DNA of 64,000 nt from Eledone cirrhosa (Eukaryota). The notes below the pieces were generated by a model. The model saw nothing but the letters and a program-made list of their open reading frames with translations. It did not search any database and was not told the origin of the DNA. This document shows positions 26,771-39,987 of the stretch, in pieces (position 1 is the stretch's first letter; each line of letters opens with the position of its first letter). Position numbers and translations under genes: made by a program. The DNA is taken from assembly GCA_964016885.1 (NCBI GenBank), contig OZ024744.1:66898001-66962000 (forward strand), given 5' to 3'.

Positions 26771-27156
26771 GAGGTACATTTACTACTATAATAATTGTTT
26801 CTACTTTTGGCACAAGGCCAGCAATTATCCCAGTGTATTACTGGTACTTTATTTTATCGACCCCGTAAGGATGAATAATATCATATACATTGCGTGAGTT
26901 AGGGCTATGGAATTCTATACGAGACGTTCTTCATATCTTTTGTCTCACCATACCACAAAGAAAGAGATATACGAAATCGCCTGCGACATAGTAATTCCGA
27001 TTGCTGCCTCATCTTCCTGGATATATGTTATATGTTTCAACAGCCACTTTCAACAGCCGTCGGGTCCCGACTCGTTCTAATATAGCCACACTCTACTATC
27101 CCAAGTATTGAGCACTCTGTTGAATAATGGTCTAATTAGCGTAAAAATGGTTTAAT

Positions 27157-27197
<41 letters not shown>

Positions 27198-27215
27198 AAT
27201 ATATCTTTTACTCTT

Positions 27216-27267
<52 letters not shown>

Positions 27268-27495
27268 CATATGAATATATCTTTTATTCTTTTACACAGC
27301 CTTGAAAAGGATGCTTACAGTACCTAGGTTTCTAAGTAGTAAGTACTAAAGTACATCTAAGTACTAAATGGGCTCGATCTTGCTCAATTTCGACGATCGG
27401 TGTTCTTTTTTTGCTTCCCATTTTTTTTTTCTCATTTTCCCTGTACCTTCCTCTTATCATTCCTTACTTTCTATTTATCTTCTATTTCTAACTCT

Positions 27496-27535
27496 ATCAT
27501 CTGATGAAGGAGTAGTGTCCGAAACGTTAGCACTC
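27496..27535 (+). ncRNA. Degenerate minimal hammerhead
   Basis: CTGATGA-AGGA GTAGTG TCC-GAAA-CG-TT (palindromic AACGTT), but no stem I pairing. Confidence 0.4.
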
Positions 27536-27562
27536 TCTTCCTGCCATTTCAAGCGTTAAACG

Positions 27563-27593
<31 letters not shown>

Positions 27594-27619
27594 AAATATA
27601 TATATTGTAAATAGTTAGT

Positions 27620-27714
27620 GCCCGACGGCTGAGCTCCAGCCATTTCGACGGCGAGTGGACAACTGAATCATTTGTTCATTTTCAGCTATTTCCTAAAACT
27701 ATATCTTCAGGGGC
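27620..27714 (-). ncRNA. Type I hammerhead ribozyme with long stem II (partly decayed)
   Basis: Minus strand GCCC-CTGAAGA-[about 57 nt incl. TAGCTGAA/TTCAGTTG hairpin]-GAAA-TGGCTG GAGCT CAGCCG-TC-GGGC. Confidence 0.65.
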
Positions 27715-27939
27715 GGCGTCCTACATGTAAGTGTGAGTGTGTGTGTGTGTCGAGGGGGAGGGGCATTATGTCTGTGTGTGTTTATGTACTTGCGTAGTGA
27801 CAGCAGCGATTGACAGCATATTAGAAACACGAGATACTATTAAAGTCTTAGTATACAGTTAAACTGTCATCACCTCCATCTCTCTCGCCCTCCCCATCTC
27901 TCTGTATAGTGAACAAATGGTGTCCCACGTGCTGGCCTC

Positions 27940-28065
27940 GCCACAACGCCGGCGGACAGAATGGAGAAGGCGTTTCCCCGGCGGATGGTGAGGGAGATGT
28001 GCTGGAAGAGCAGCCATTCCATTTCGCGAGGCTCGTACCTGCGGCTGGCCAGCTCAGCACATGTG
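27940..28065 (-). pseudogene. CRE-like 3'-end fragment
   Basis: AELASRRYEPREMEWLLFQHISLTIRRGNAFSILS. Confidence 0.7.
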
Positions 28066-28922
28066 GTGGTGATGGTCAATGCGTGAGGTGGGTATGGTTG
28101 ATATTGGAGAAGGAACAACGGGTAAGGTGTCAACGAAGAAGAAATCAAAAGGGAGGATATTAAGGTGACGATACCAGGTCACAAAATTGCGGTTCTAGAT
28201 GTGGGGTGGCGAGGTGGACAAGTCCAAAGTTATAAGAATTGTGTATTCTTTCGATGGATTGGCAGTATCGGTAAAAGACGGACGCCATGCTTTGCAGCAA
28301 AGAGTTTCGGCCCTTTACGGTATGTGTTCAAATCCCGCCGAGGTCAACTTTGCTTTTCATCCTTACAGGGTCGATAAAATAAAGTACCAGTAATGCATTG
28401 GATTAATTGCTGGTCTTGTGCCAAAAGTAGAAACAATAATTATTTATTCTCTTTCCGTTTCCCTCTCTTCCCTCCCCATTTCTTCTTTTCTTCTTTTTTC
28501 TCTTTTCTTTTCTCTCCTCCACCTTTGCTTTTTCTTTTATTTGCGCCAGCGTGTTTGTATTATTGTTATTGTTGTTGTGGTTATGGGTATTGTTTGATAC
28601 TTTTGGTTGTGTGTGTGTATTGTCGAGGTGTTGAGGTTATGCTGTATGGGTATATCCTTGCCACAGCATGGTGTGTGTGGGGGCGGGGATTGTGTCTGTG
28701 TGAGTGGGTAGGTGTTTGTGTGTGCACGCCCACGCGCGTCTCGTTTTTGTCTTGATTAGTGGAGTCGTTCTGTTTGCATTCTCAGTTAAGTAGTGTTGGT
28801 ATATTATATATATCGACAGTCGGTCGACTTCCGTCAAATCGAACCGAGAAAACAATGTTTCCATTGGTCTTTCCAATTGCTAATACTCTTTATCATTCGC
28901 AATACTCTAAACTGGTAACTAC

Positions 28923-29548
<626 letters not shown>

Positions 29549-29550
29549 TC

Positions 29551-29583
<33 letters not shown>

Positions 29584-29611
29584 ATATATATATACACACA
29601 CATACACACAG

Positions 29612-29634
<23 letters not shown>

Positions 29635-29649
<15 letters not shown>

Positions 29650-30549
29650 GAAGATGTCTGTCTCTGTGTGAGTTTGAATCCCTAAAACTCAAGAACTACC
29701 CAACCGACTGTTTTCAAACTTTACACATGTAATTCCGGGAGTGTTCTGAGCAAAGAAAATTTCAAATTTTCATAACCCTAGGGACCGCATTAGGCGATTT
29801 AGCGATCTCTCTATAATTATTAGTCTTTCTCTTTTTAGATAGATACATACATATAACGTCGCACCCTTATAATATCTGTCTGTATGTCTGACTGTCTGCA
29901 TTACGTCACTTCCCTGAGGATGTCTGTCTGTGTGTCTGTGTGTGTGTGTGTGTGTTTGAATCCCTAAAACTCGAGAAGTACCAAACTGACTTTTTTCAAA
30001 CTTTACATGTGTATTACTTATGTTTCAGGGAGTGTTATGCACATAAAAATTCAACATTTTGATCTCCTAGGGCCCGCATTAGGTGAACAACCGCGTTTTT
30101 AAAGCTTTTTAGGGCTTTTTTGAGGCGTTACGTCAGACCGATTTCCTTGAAATTGTAACTATGTATTAGTCAGTCTCTTCTTTATACTGTGAGCAAAGAA
30201 AATCCAACTTTTTTATCGCCTAGGGCCCGCATTAGGTGAAAAACTTCATTTTTAAAGCTTCTTAGGGATTTTTGGAGGCTTTATGTCTAGCCGATTTTCT
30301 CCAAAATTTCAAGGCATATTATGCACATGAAAAAAAATTATTTTCTTGATCCCCTAGGGCCCGCATTAGGTGAAAACATGCATTTTTCCTGCTTCATCGA
30401 GGAAAATCTTAAAGATTATCCAGCCATCAGAGTATTCGGTTTATTGTCTTTACATATTGTCCACGCATGCAGTTTTTCCACGATTAGGTCTGTTGGAGGC
30501 TCGCCTTCTAAAATACCTTATCCCGTGCAACGCCGGGTACCACTGGTAG
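29635..30549 (+). mobile_element. Non-autonomous Helitron with internal repeats
   Basis: 5' TATATAAAATTGAAGATGTCTGTC, 3' hairpin CCCG TGCAACGC CGGG followed by (C>G)TAG-T. Four copies of a CCTAGGG(C/A)CCGCATTAGG motif. Confidence 0.7.
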
Positions 30550-30589
30550 TTTTATATAAAGATACATAAACATATTGTATATAGTTTAA

Positions 30590-31192
30590 TATTATAATAA
30601 ATGTTCGGTGATTCCATACGTACATATATATATGTGTGCATGTATGTATATATATATACATACTACTGTACATCTGTATACATATATGTATGTACGTGTA
30701 CATACTTATATTTAAGTAACAGCCGTACTAAGAGTGGGAAATGAAATTTCGTTTCATTTTTTCCGTTTATCGTTTTCGGTGCACCCGGCCGATTAACCCA
30801 CTCGATATGAAAATTGGGCTACTCAGCCGTTAATATGCATAAGGTAAGTATATACGTTCAACAATCTGGCAGGAAGGTATACGTTGCTGACGATAGCTAA
30901 TAAGCTTGAAACTAGTACAGCGCTCCTTTGTCAGTGTTGAACAAACGAGCAACGATGGTTGCTGGACACTACGGCTTAATACGGGATGTTTGTTTACAAA
31001 CACACCGAGCATTATAATAAATGTTCGGTGAGTCCATAAGTACATATATATATGTGTGCATGTATATATATATATATATACATACTATTGTACGTCTGTG
31101 TACATATATGTATGTACGTGTACATACTTATATTTAAGTAACAGCCGTACTAAGAGTGGGAAATGAAATTTCGTTTCATTTTTTCCGTTTAT
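30590..31192 (+). mobile_element. Non-coding HHR element, about 420-bp unit in partial tandem
   Basis: Direct repeat 30600 vs 31020; reverse complement of 9848-10427. Confidence 0.85.
30882..30922 (+). ncRNA. Minimal type I hammerhead ribozyme
   Basis: CGTTG-CTGACGA-T(AGC TAATAA GCT)T-GAAA-CTAG-TA-CAGCG. Confidence 0.82.
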
Positions 31193-31214
31193 ATTTATAT
31201 ATATATATACACAC

Positions 31215-31585
31215 AATGATATTAAATAAATGGAAACTATATTTATAAAACCATATTTATTTTATTATATATATTTCAACGGTACCAAGACAATATTGGT
31301 ACGCTTACACAATCCAGAGAATATCCAACCGATAAGGTACGATTTTCATGGGTATGTCTCTATTTATAAAACAAACTTTGTATTTTATCTGATGAAAGCG
31401 TACCAAAGTTTTTTGGTACCCTTGAAATATATATAATAGAATAAATATGGTTTTATAAATATAGTTTCCATTTATTTAATATCATTGAATATTTACTTCA
31501 GTAACACTGTTGAGTGCTCTAAATCAGTTATAAACATTTATATTTGTCGAACTTCCAGCAAATTAAATACCCCTTCTACTTATAT
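31215..31585. mobile_element. PLE-like element with inverted truncated arm
   Basis: Arm 31215-31306 is the reverse complement of about 31396-31486. Confidence 0.75.
31381..31443 (+). ncRNA. Type I hammerhead ribozyme
   Basis: TATTTTAT-CTGATGA-AAGCGTACCA..TGGTACCCTT-GAAA-TATATA-TA-ATAGAATA. Confidence 0.82.
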
Positions 31586-31626
31586 ATATATGTATGTATA
31601 TGTGTGTGTGTGTGTGTGTTTGTGTG

Positions 31627-31688
<62 letters not shown>

Positions 31689-31689
31689 T

Positions 31690-31749
<60 letters not shown>

Positions 31750-32357
31750 AATCTACCACCGTCATCACTGCTCGAAAGCAACACGAACCGATATATCTGA
31801 AATGGCCTGATCCACACACAATGATAAACGAAATGAAATCGTTATCTCAAGAGAGGCAAATATAAAATTGATTTTCAAAGAGCTTTGTACATAATACATA
31901 GACAACGTGTAGAAATCGGTGAGAGATTTTGCAACAATATATACCCAGGATAAAAGTACACTCATACAAACATCCATCCATCCATACATACATACATACA
32001 TACATACATACATACATACATACAAACATACATACATACATACAAACATACATACATACATACATACATACATACATACATGCATGCACACACTCATTCA
32101 TACATACATACATATATACATACATATATGCATACATACATATATAGATACATACATGCATACATACATATATACATACATATATTTATACATACATACA
32201 CACATACATACATATATATATATACATACTTACATCCACCCTTCCATCCATCAATACATACATACATGACTGCATACATACATATATGCATACATACACG
32301 CACACATACATACATACATACATACATATATACATACATACATGCCTGCATACATAC

Positions 32358-32984
32358 ATGATGGCTGCCCCCTCGTTATCGAGTATGGCCATTGCACGAT
32401 ATACCATTATTAATTATTATTAATTAATTCTATCGTGCAATGCCTGTGCGTGAAGATATTTTTTTTAAGTGAGGAAAGACTGTGCACTGAGCCAATCCCA
32501 CTCTCTGAGAGACAGTAGCTATAACCCGAAAAGAAGAAAAGATCAACATCATCGGTAACTACTGAGCCGCAGGTTTTATATCGGAGTTATCCCAGTTTCC
32601 TGAGTTGCCTTCTTCTAGAAGAAAGCCCTGACATAGGCTAGGGGTCCTTCACTCCCAGTGGTTTAACCACGCGATCTTGTGTCCAGCCCGACTATTTCTA
32701 TGTCCCCTCGCATATACACATACATGCACCCATGTATATACACATATACATGTATATACACATGTACATGTGTATGTACATATTTACACACTTTTGGATG
32801 CCGTTGACTCTTATGAGTTCTTCCGCCCTTTGTCAGGTTTTGTTTTTTGTCCTGCAGGGTGTACCATTCACCCACCTCACCAAGTAAACTTGGTGGTGTT
32901 GCCGGTTTAGTCGCCGACGACCCGACCATGCGACAGGTTCTACTGGGTTACATGTTACCAGTAGCACTCAAGAGTGACCCGACA
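32358..32984 (-). mobile_element. Non-autonomous RTE-related element, family B (full length)
   Basis: Shares the 5' 170 nt, the central CTAG(A/G)AGAAGG motif and the 3' CTCG-N4-CGAG hairpin with family A. Lies inside (TACA)n. Confidence 0.75.
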
Positions 32985-33392
32985 TACATACACACATACA
33001 TATACATACATACACTCACACATACCTACATACATACATAGACACATACATATATACATACATACATACACACATACATACATACATACACTCACACATA
33101 CCTACATACATACATAGACACATACATATATACATACATACATACACACATACATATACATACATACACTCACACATACCTACATACATACATAGACACA
33201 TACATATATACATACATACATACACACACACATACATACATACACACATTCATGGTAGATTCCATATATAAACGTAATGAAGGCTTTACAAATCGTATTT
33301 GTATTATTATATTACACTCTGTCTAACTCTACACCTCGCCACTGACGTGAACCTAAATATCGAGTGCTCATCCGGATGAGCCTACAGTAGCT

Positions 33393-33437
<45 letters not shown>

Positions 33438-33499
33438 TGTGTGTTTGTGTGTGTGTGTGGGCTTGTGGATAGAAGGTGAGAGAGAAATATACAATATGT

Positions 33500-33880
33500 T
33501 GATTTGCCAAAAGGAGAATATCTATGCAGAACTAATGAGAAATTTACAGATACTCCACCCTGATTATACCTTCAGATTTATACCTGTGATTATTGGGGTA
33601 CTGGGGTATGTTAGTAACTGCCTCAATAGACATCTTGGGAAGCTAGGCTTCACAGGAACAGAAATAACATAACTAGTTAGGAAATTACAAGTACAATCTA
33701 TTAATGTAAAAATAAGTAAAACATTCCAAAAATGTTGCATCTAATAACTCCATGTACACATGTACAGATACAAAGCATATGCACATATACACATAGAACT
33801 CAAAACACCCACATACAACAACATCCATACCTGCACACACATTCATGCATGCAGACATACATATCTACCAAGTTGATGTT
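33500..33880 (+). pseudogene. R4/Dong LINE 3' fragment
   Basis: KENIYAELMRNLQILHPDYTFRFIPVIIGVLG, homologous to about 24820-25200. Confidence 0.8.
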
Positions 33881-33936
33881 GCATACATACACACATACAT
33901 ACATACATACACACATACACACATACATACATACAT

Positions 33937-34548
33937 GGTGGTGGCTGCCAACTCGTTTTCGAGTACGGCCACTACTTTATATCCATGTAGGAGAACCCCT
34001 ACCGATGCGCTGAACGAGTGTGACTTTTTAGTCCAGCCAGCAACTTGAAAACTCTGGTACAAAGACTACACTTGTGACCATTATTGACACATAGTGCAGG
34101 GCCCATGGTACCATGTGATGACAAGTGAAGAGAGATCTCCAGATATAAAGCAATGCCTGTGCTGTGAAGCTTTTATAGTGAGCAAAGGCACTGCACAAAG
34201 CCAGTCCCACTCTCTTAACCAAGATGATATTTACCAAAAAGAAGAACAAGTCAACATCATTGGATACCATCAGGGTTGCAGGTGTTATATCAGAGTTTTC
34301 CTTCTCCTAGAATTCTGCCTTGACAAAGGCTAAGGGGTCATCTCTCCCGGTGATTTTGGATGGCCATTGTCTCTTAAGAGCTCCCTTGCCCTTTGACAGG
34401 TTTTGTTTTTAGTCCTGCAGGATGTCCAAAGTCACCCTCCTCACCAAGAAACCTTGGTGGGGTTGCCAGTTTAGTCGCCAACCACCCGACCATGGGACAG
34501 GTCGTACTGGGATACATGTTACCAGTAGCACCAACTGGTGACCTGACA
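33937..34548 (-). mobile_element. Non-autonomous RTE-related element, family A (full length)
   Basis: About 610 bp, no long ORF, (TGTA)n at both ends. Confidence 0.8.
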
Positions 34549-34659
34549 TACACACATACATACATACATACATGCATACATACATACATACATACATAAA
34601 CATTTGTGAAATTATAAAACCAGAAGAACATACATTCACACATACATACATGCATAAAT

Positions 34660-37290
34660 ACGTGAATGACAACTAATCTTTGCGAGGATTTTGAACAGGC
34701 AGTCTCTACTAACTAGTTCGAATGCCTTCGTGAGGTCAATGAAAAGTGGTTGTCTTTGCACTCTGCACTTCTCCCGAAGTTGTCGAAGGGAGAAGATCAT
34801 GCTTATGGTGGAGCGTTCCGACCTGAAACCGCAATGAGATTCGGGGTATACCCTATCAGCGATCATACAATGAGATTCGGAGTATACCCTATCAGCGATT
34901 TTCTGTAGTCTACTCTGAACCACACGAACGAGGACCTTCCCAACAATGCTTAGCAGCGAGATGTTTTGGTAGTTATTAGAGTCACTTCTGTCTATTTTGT
35001 TCTTATTAAGAATAACAGTGTTGTAGTCTCTCATGTCTTGCGTGACTGTCCTCTACTCGAACTACTGGCACAGTAGTTTCAACAAGTGGCTATGCAAAAC
35101 TTTGACCTCTAAGGTAAAGCCATCCAATCCTGGTTCTTCCGCAGTGGGCACCCTGTCAATGTTTCTGCTCTAGCCTGCTCTTCAGGAGTCAGCAATGTAT
35201 CCAGCTCTTCGCTAATGGGTAGATATTCCATGGTGTTTGACATATTATCCAAGATGCTGTTTTTTCTTGAGTAGAGTTAAGATTAATGCTCCACCCAACT
35301 CTCCATCTGCTTACTTTTGGCTTTGATGACCTCACCTGTGCTGAATTTCAATTCAGTTGTCTTGATCTGGGTTTACTTCACGCCCCCCCCCCCCCCCGTG
35401 CATTCGGCGAATGTTATTTGTGTCAAATGACAGTTGGATGCCTTCGCATATTTGGAGCCAGTAGTCATTTGCAGAGCGTATCGCTGTCTCTCTTTAACTG
35501 AACAACACCTTTTTCCTCTATGGTAAGACTGAACTCATTCGCGCTCGCCTCAATGAAAGTCCCTGAAAGTGTCCCATCTTTGCTGAACAGTTCTTTCCGG
35601 TGGATATACAACGAGGGCGTTTTTCCAGTGAATGATGAATACAACCTCTTTGAATGAATGTTGAGTCCAAGAAGCATTTATACGCTGCATATCCGGAGAT
35701 TTAGCATATTTCATCTTCTCTGGTTGATGTCTAAGTTTGCAGCAAACCAAGGTTTGATCTGTGTCATTGTCGTCACTCTCTGAAATGATATAGCCAAGAA
35801 CATGTTTTTCAAATGGTTGTGTCTTGCGTGGATCAGATCTAACTGGTGTTAGTGTTTGGAGGGGGATGTCACCAGGAACGTTTGTACTGAGCGTTGGCCT
35901 GGAAGTGGGAGTAGAGACTCATAATTCACAGAGCATACAGAATCAAACAATCCTTGTCCATTGTCATTCATGTTGCCAATACGGTACCGTCAGAGACAAC
36001 CTGGCCACGAGTCATTGTTGGCTCTCAGTCAAGTGTTGAAGTCCCCAAGTATCACTCGCTGTTCTCAATTTGGGGTTGCATGTATTTTCCTTGAGAACTA
36101 GTCATGAAACTCATCCTATGTATCTTCTGCGGAATGAAAGTTTGGAGCATAAGTGCTGCTAAGTTTGACAGGTTCATCGGAGGCGTGCAGTTAGAGTGAG
36201 AAGATCCATTCCAATCCATCCATGCTGAATTCCCCCATCTTCAACAATGAGTTAATCATGGCAAAGTTGACATGTTCTCTGGCTTCGTCTGTGCCTTACC
36301 CCTGTCAGAAGAACGTATAATCTCTCTCTCGCGAAATGTCCCTGAATCTGGGATCGCGTTTCTTGGAGTGCTGAAATATCTACTCGAAGTCGTAGGAGTT
36401 CGTTATAGATCACTGCTGTTTTACAGGTGTCACTGATTTTTTGATAGACTAGCAGTCATGATCGGTATGTGCCGACATCCAAGTGTGAATGTTGATCTTT
36501 TCTTCGTTTCTTTGTTGTTTTGCTTGGTGCAGTGTTTACAGCATACAATTCAGAGTACTAATATCCCTGTAACATGACGGCTGTGGCTGGACGGCACTTA
36601 ATTGGTTGGGAGCTGCCCAGCTTGAGGCAGGTGGTAGCTTCTCCCTCTGTCGAAAGCAACCCCTGGCACCTTGCTCCAAGCCAAGTGAGTGAAACCTTAT
36701 AACCGGTAGACGGCTGCTTTCTGTGTTTTGCCGATGCGGTGAGGCGACGTTGGAGTATCCTCTCCAGGGCGCAGGTCGGGATAAAGTATTATGAGAAATC
36801 GGCAGTTGCCTATGAAGCTCGTCTCCTCTCTTCTCGCCATTGATGTTATCCAAGAGAAGGGCAGAAGCCGATAAAACTTGACATCGGTGACGTCGCAGGA
36901 GTTTGTCAGAACGAGATTGGATGTGCCCTCGAATTGCCTTAAAGACTTCAGTTCCGGATTTGTTCTCAGGGTGTACTATCGACATTTTTTCTGAGTGGGT
37001 ATAGCCGTAAGGCAACGGAAAATTAAAATCATGGTTTGCCTTCTCCTAGACAAATTCACCTTACAAGCTGACGAGTTCCATCTACCCGAAACATTAGTTT
37101 GAAGGCGCCAGGAACCCTCTCCCAGCACTTTCAGTAGAGAGAGTTCCACTGGGCTTACATGTTAAGCCACATAAGAAGGTCAGGAGTCTGACTTAGTCGC
37201 TCGATGTTTTTTGGGGTGCATGCTATGAGGAGCATTTTTAAACAACCAGAGCTCATCCCCACTACCACCGCTCGACTTAGTTATCTTGGA
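34660..37290 (-). pseudogene. Degraded RTE-clade LINE (5' UTR, endonuclease, RT N-terminal part)
   Basis: NNYQNISLLSIVGKV..SHCGFRSERST..IFSLRQLREKC..FIDLTKAF; many stops and frameshifts; 3' truncated. Confidence 0.85.
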
Positions 37291-38545
37291 ACCGTATATA
37301 TATATATATATATATACACGGTATACACACACACATATATAGATATATAGATATACACACACACATATATATATAGATATATAGATATACACACACACCG
37401 TATACACACACACGTATATATATATATATATACACTTACATACATACACATATAAACATATATGCATACATACATACTTACTTACATATATACATACATA
37501 GACACATACAGACTTAGGTTTTAATTTATGGGAGGTTTGGCTATTTTTAGCAATCGAGCGACGTTAGTTTGTTTTTTCTTGTTTTCTTTGATCTTATAAA
37601 TTGTTTATTTTATTGGAATAAAACAGTTTTCTTTCTAGAATCTAAAGAAATTGAGAGATATGACAACTAACCATTCATATGTAATAAAAGACACGTATAA
37701 AAGCCTTTTTCTACGAGATTCGTGTTCATTCCTTTATAAGTCAGAGAGAGAAAGAGAGCGAGAGAGAGAGAGAGATTGGGGGAGGGGTGATAGGGGAAAG
37801 ACAGAGGACATCTTGAAGCTGGTCTTCTACCAAGATTAGAGGTGCAATATATTGTCAAAGATCTACCAGCCACAAAAATGTCCTTTCAGTAAATGGAGAA
37901 TGTGAAAAATAAAAAAAAAATGTATTTGTTTTTCATCTTTTTATTCTTGTTTCTTTTGCTTCTTTCTTTTCTTTTTCTCTCTCTGTCTCTCGTTTTTATT
38001 TTCTATTTTTTAATCCTAAGGGGTATTTAAATACCTCTTCTTCTCTGTCATGGCTTACTAACTCTCTGTGGACGTTTAAACAGATTGAATAAATAAATAA
38101 ATAAATAAATTCAATGAACGCAACATTTGTGATCAAGCAAAAAGATTTAGAGAAAACTACTTAGGTCACAAATGAAGTGTTTATGAAAGATCATGAAGAT
38201 CTAATGTTAAAAAAAAAATAATGATAGAAAGCGTGGAAGTCATTATAATTGCACAGGAAAACTTTTATATTTACTTATATATTTTGTGCTGTCAAAATCC
38301 ACTGTGGCCATCGTAAACCCTTAACTCATGATGGAGTCGTGACATTAAAACCTTAGCAGATCTGAGCCGTCCCCAGATCTGATCACAGCCGATTTCTTCC
38401 AGAGAAATATAGAAGAGAGAGTTAGATAGAGAGAGAGAGAGAATGAGATATACGAATATATATATATATATATATATAAATGATTATATATATATAAATG
38501 ATTATATATATATATAAATGATTATATATATATATATATATATAT

Positions 38546-39140
38546 AGGAAAAAGTATGACCCCAACGGCAGAGCTCAAGTCATTTCGACAGCTATTTCTG
38601 GACCAGAAATAGCCGTCGAAACGGCTTGAGCTCTGCCGTCACGATCATACTTTTTCCTATTTCCCACTCTACTACCCTAAGTATTGAGTACTCTGGTGCG
38701 TTATGGTCCATCTGGTTCCTTACCACAATTCCTTTGTTATTTAGCTCCTATCTCTGTAGTAGAGCACTTTCCGACTCTACCACGCCATGTCCCGACTTTT
38801 CCACCCAGCTCAAGTTTCTTCACCCGCACGATGCGAAAACACAACATCGACTTCTCCACCAAGAACATCCCAGTTCCAACGAGAGAACTTTACCTTCGGA
38901 TGCTCACGCAAAAAATCGACCTTTTTGCGAAAAGACTAAGATGGAGAACTTTTTTCTATGATAGATACCGCGACAATCAGGACTTCGACACCAAGGAGAG
39001 ATTCGGATTCAGGTCCAGAAATAGCCGTCGAAACGGCTTGAGCTCTGCCGTCGGGGTCATACTTTTTCTTATTTCCCACCCTACTACCCTAAGTATTGAG
39101 TACTCTGGTGTGTTATGGTCCATCTGGTTCCTTTGTTATA
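38546..39140 (+). mobile_element. Penelope-like element remnant: inverted arm, partial tandem (412-bp period), ORF start
   Basis: Arm 38546-38601 is inverted. Repeat 38603 vs 39015. Each copy starts with an HHR 3' half (GAAA-CGGC..GCCG-TC). Confidence 0.75.
38831..39024 (+). pseudogene. N-terminus of a Penelope-like (probably Naiad-type) RT polyprotein
   Basis: MRKHNIDFSTKNIPVPTRELYLRMLTQKIDLFAKRLRWRTFFY...ERFGFRS. KNIP / RxRW / FGFxS pattern recalled from invertebrate PLE proteins. Confidence 0.6.
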
Positions 39141-39202
39141 TACATATTTTTTTAAAGTTGCGACAGAAAACAAAAAAAACGCTTGATATATATATATATA
39201 TA

Positions 39203-39622
39203 TATATCACATAAGAAACGGAGAATCAGTGTTGCGACGAATTAAAATTATTAGACATATTACAATCGTTTCTCTGGCGACCAGCTCGAGGCACGATCGA
39301 TGTGATGATCGAACCTGACTCTGAAATCTGAACAGGATACAAGCTGGCGAGAGAAGGCTGCGGGATTAACTGGACATTTGGAAACTCTGCTCCGAAAGAT
39401 CGAGACGTATCTGAGGATCTTGCGATTTCAGAGTCAGGTTCGATCATCGCATCGATCGTGCCTCGAACTGATCGCCAGAGAAACGATTGTAATATGTCTA
39501 GTAAATTTTAATTCGTCGCACCACTGATTCTCCGTTTCTTATGTGATATTGTACTCTGGTCTGTAATAACATCGAGTGCTCAAACGGCCTACCGCATACG
39601 GACACTTTAAGCATCCCACACC

Positions 39623-39626
<4 letters not shown>
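39203..39626. mobile_element. PLE-like element with inverted arm
   Basis: Arms 39203-39328 and 39424-39549; (TA)n on both sides. Confidence 0.8.
39403..39499 (+). ncRNA. Type I hammerhead ribozyme with 62-nt stem II
   Basis: AGACGTAT-CTGAGGA-[TCT T GCGAT..CAG..AGG..CGATC/GATCG..CCT..CTG ATCGC C AGA]-GAAA-CGATTG-TA-ATATGTCT. Confidence 0.78.
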
Positions 39627-39657
<31 letters not shown>

Positions 39658-39662
<5 letters not shown>

Positions 39663-39858
39663 CAAAGAGCATGTGGTAAAATTCCAAGCGGGCCATAATG
39701 CATCAGAGTACTCAATACTTAATAGAGTGGGTAATATGAAAAGAGTCAGGACCTCCGACGGCTGAGCTCCGGCCGTTTCGACAGCTAGATCCGAACAGTT
39801 CGGATCTAGCTGTTAAAACAGCCGGAGCTCAGCCGTCGGGGTCCTGACTCTTTTCATA
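39658..39858. mobile_element. Palindromic PLE-like remnant with HHR 3' halves
   Basis: Arms about 39735-39796 and 39798-39858 around one base; related to the 38603 family. Confidence 0.7.
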
Positions 39859-39876
39859 TATATATATATATATATG

Positions 39877-39987
<111 letters not shown>

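Noticed and set aside
29770-30375. CRISPR-like spaced repeats CCTAGGGCCCGCATTAGG
   Set aside because: Spacers are long and mutually homologous; these are internal repeats of a Helitron in eukaryotic DNA, with no cas genes.
34420-34548. HDV-like or twister fold in the family A 5' end
   Set aside because: GGTCACC/GGTGACT could form P1, but no P3/L3/P1.1 is present and family B does not conserve it.
37059-37105. Hammerhead-like CTGACGAG..CGAAAC..GTT antisense to the RTE 5' UTR
   Set aside because: Stems II and III are barely paired, and the homologous positions in families A and B lack the core, so it is probably coincidental.
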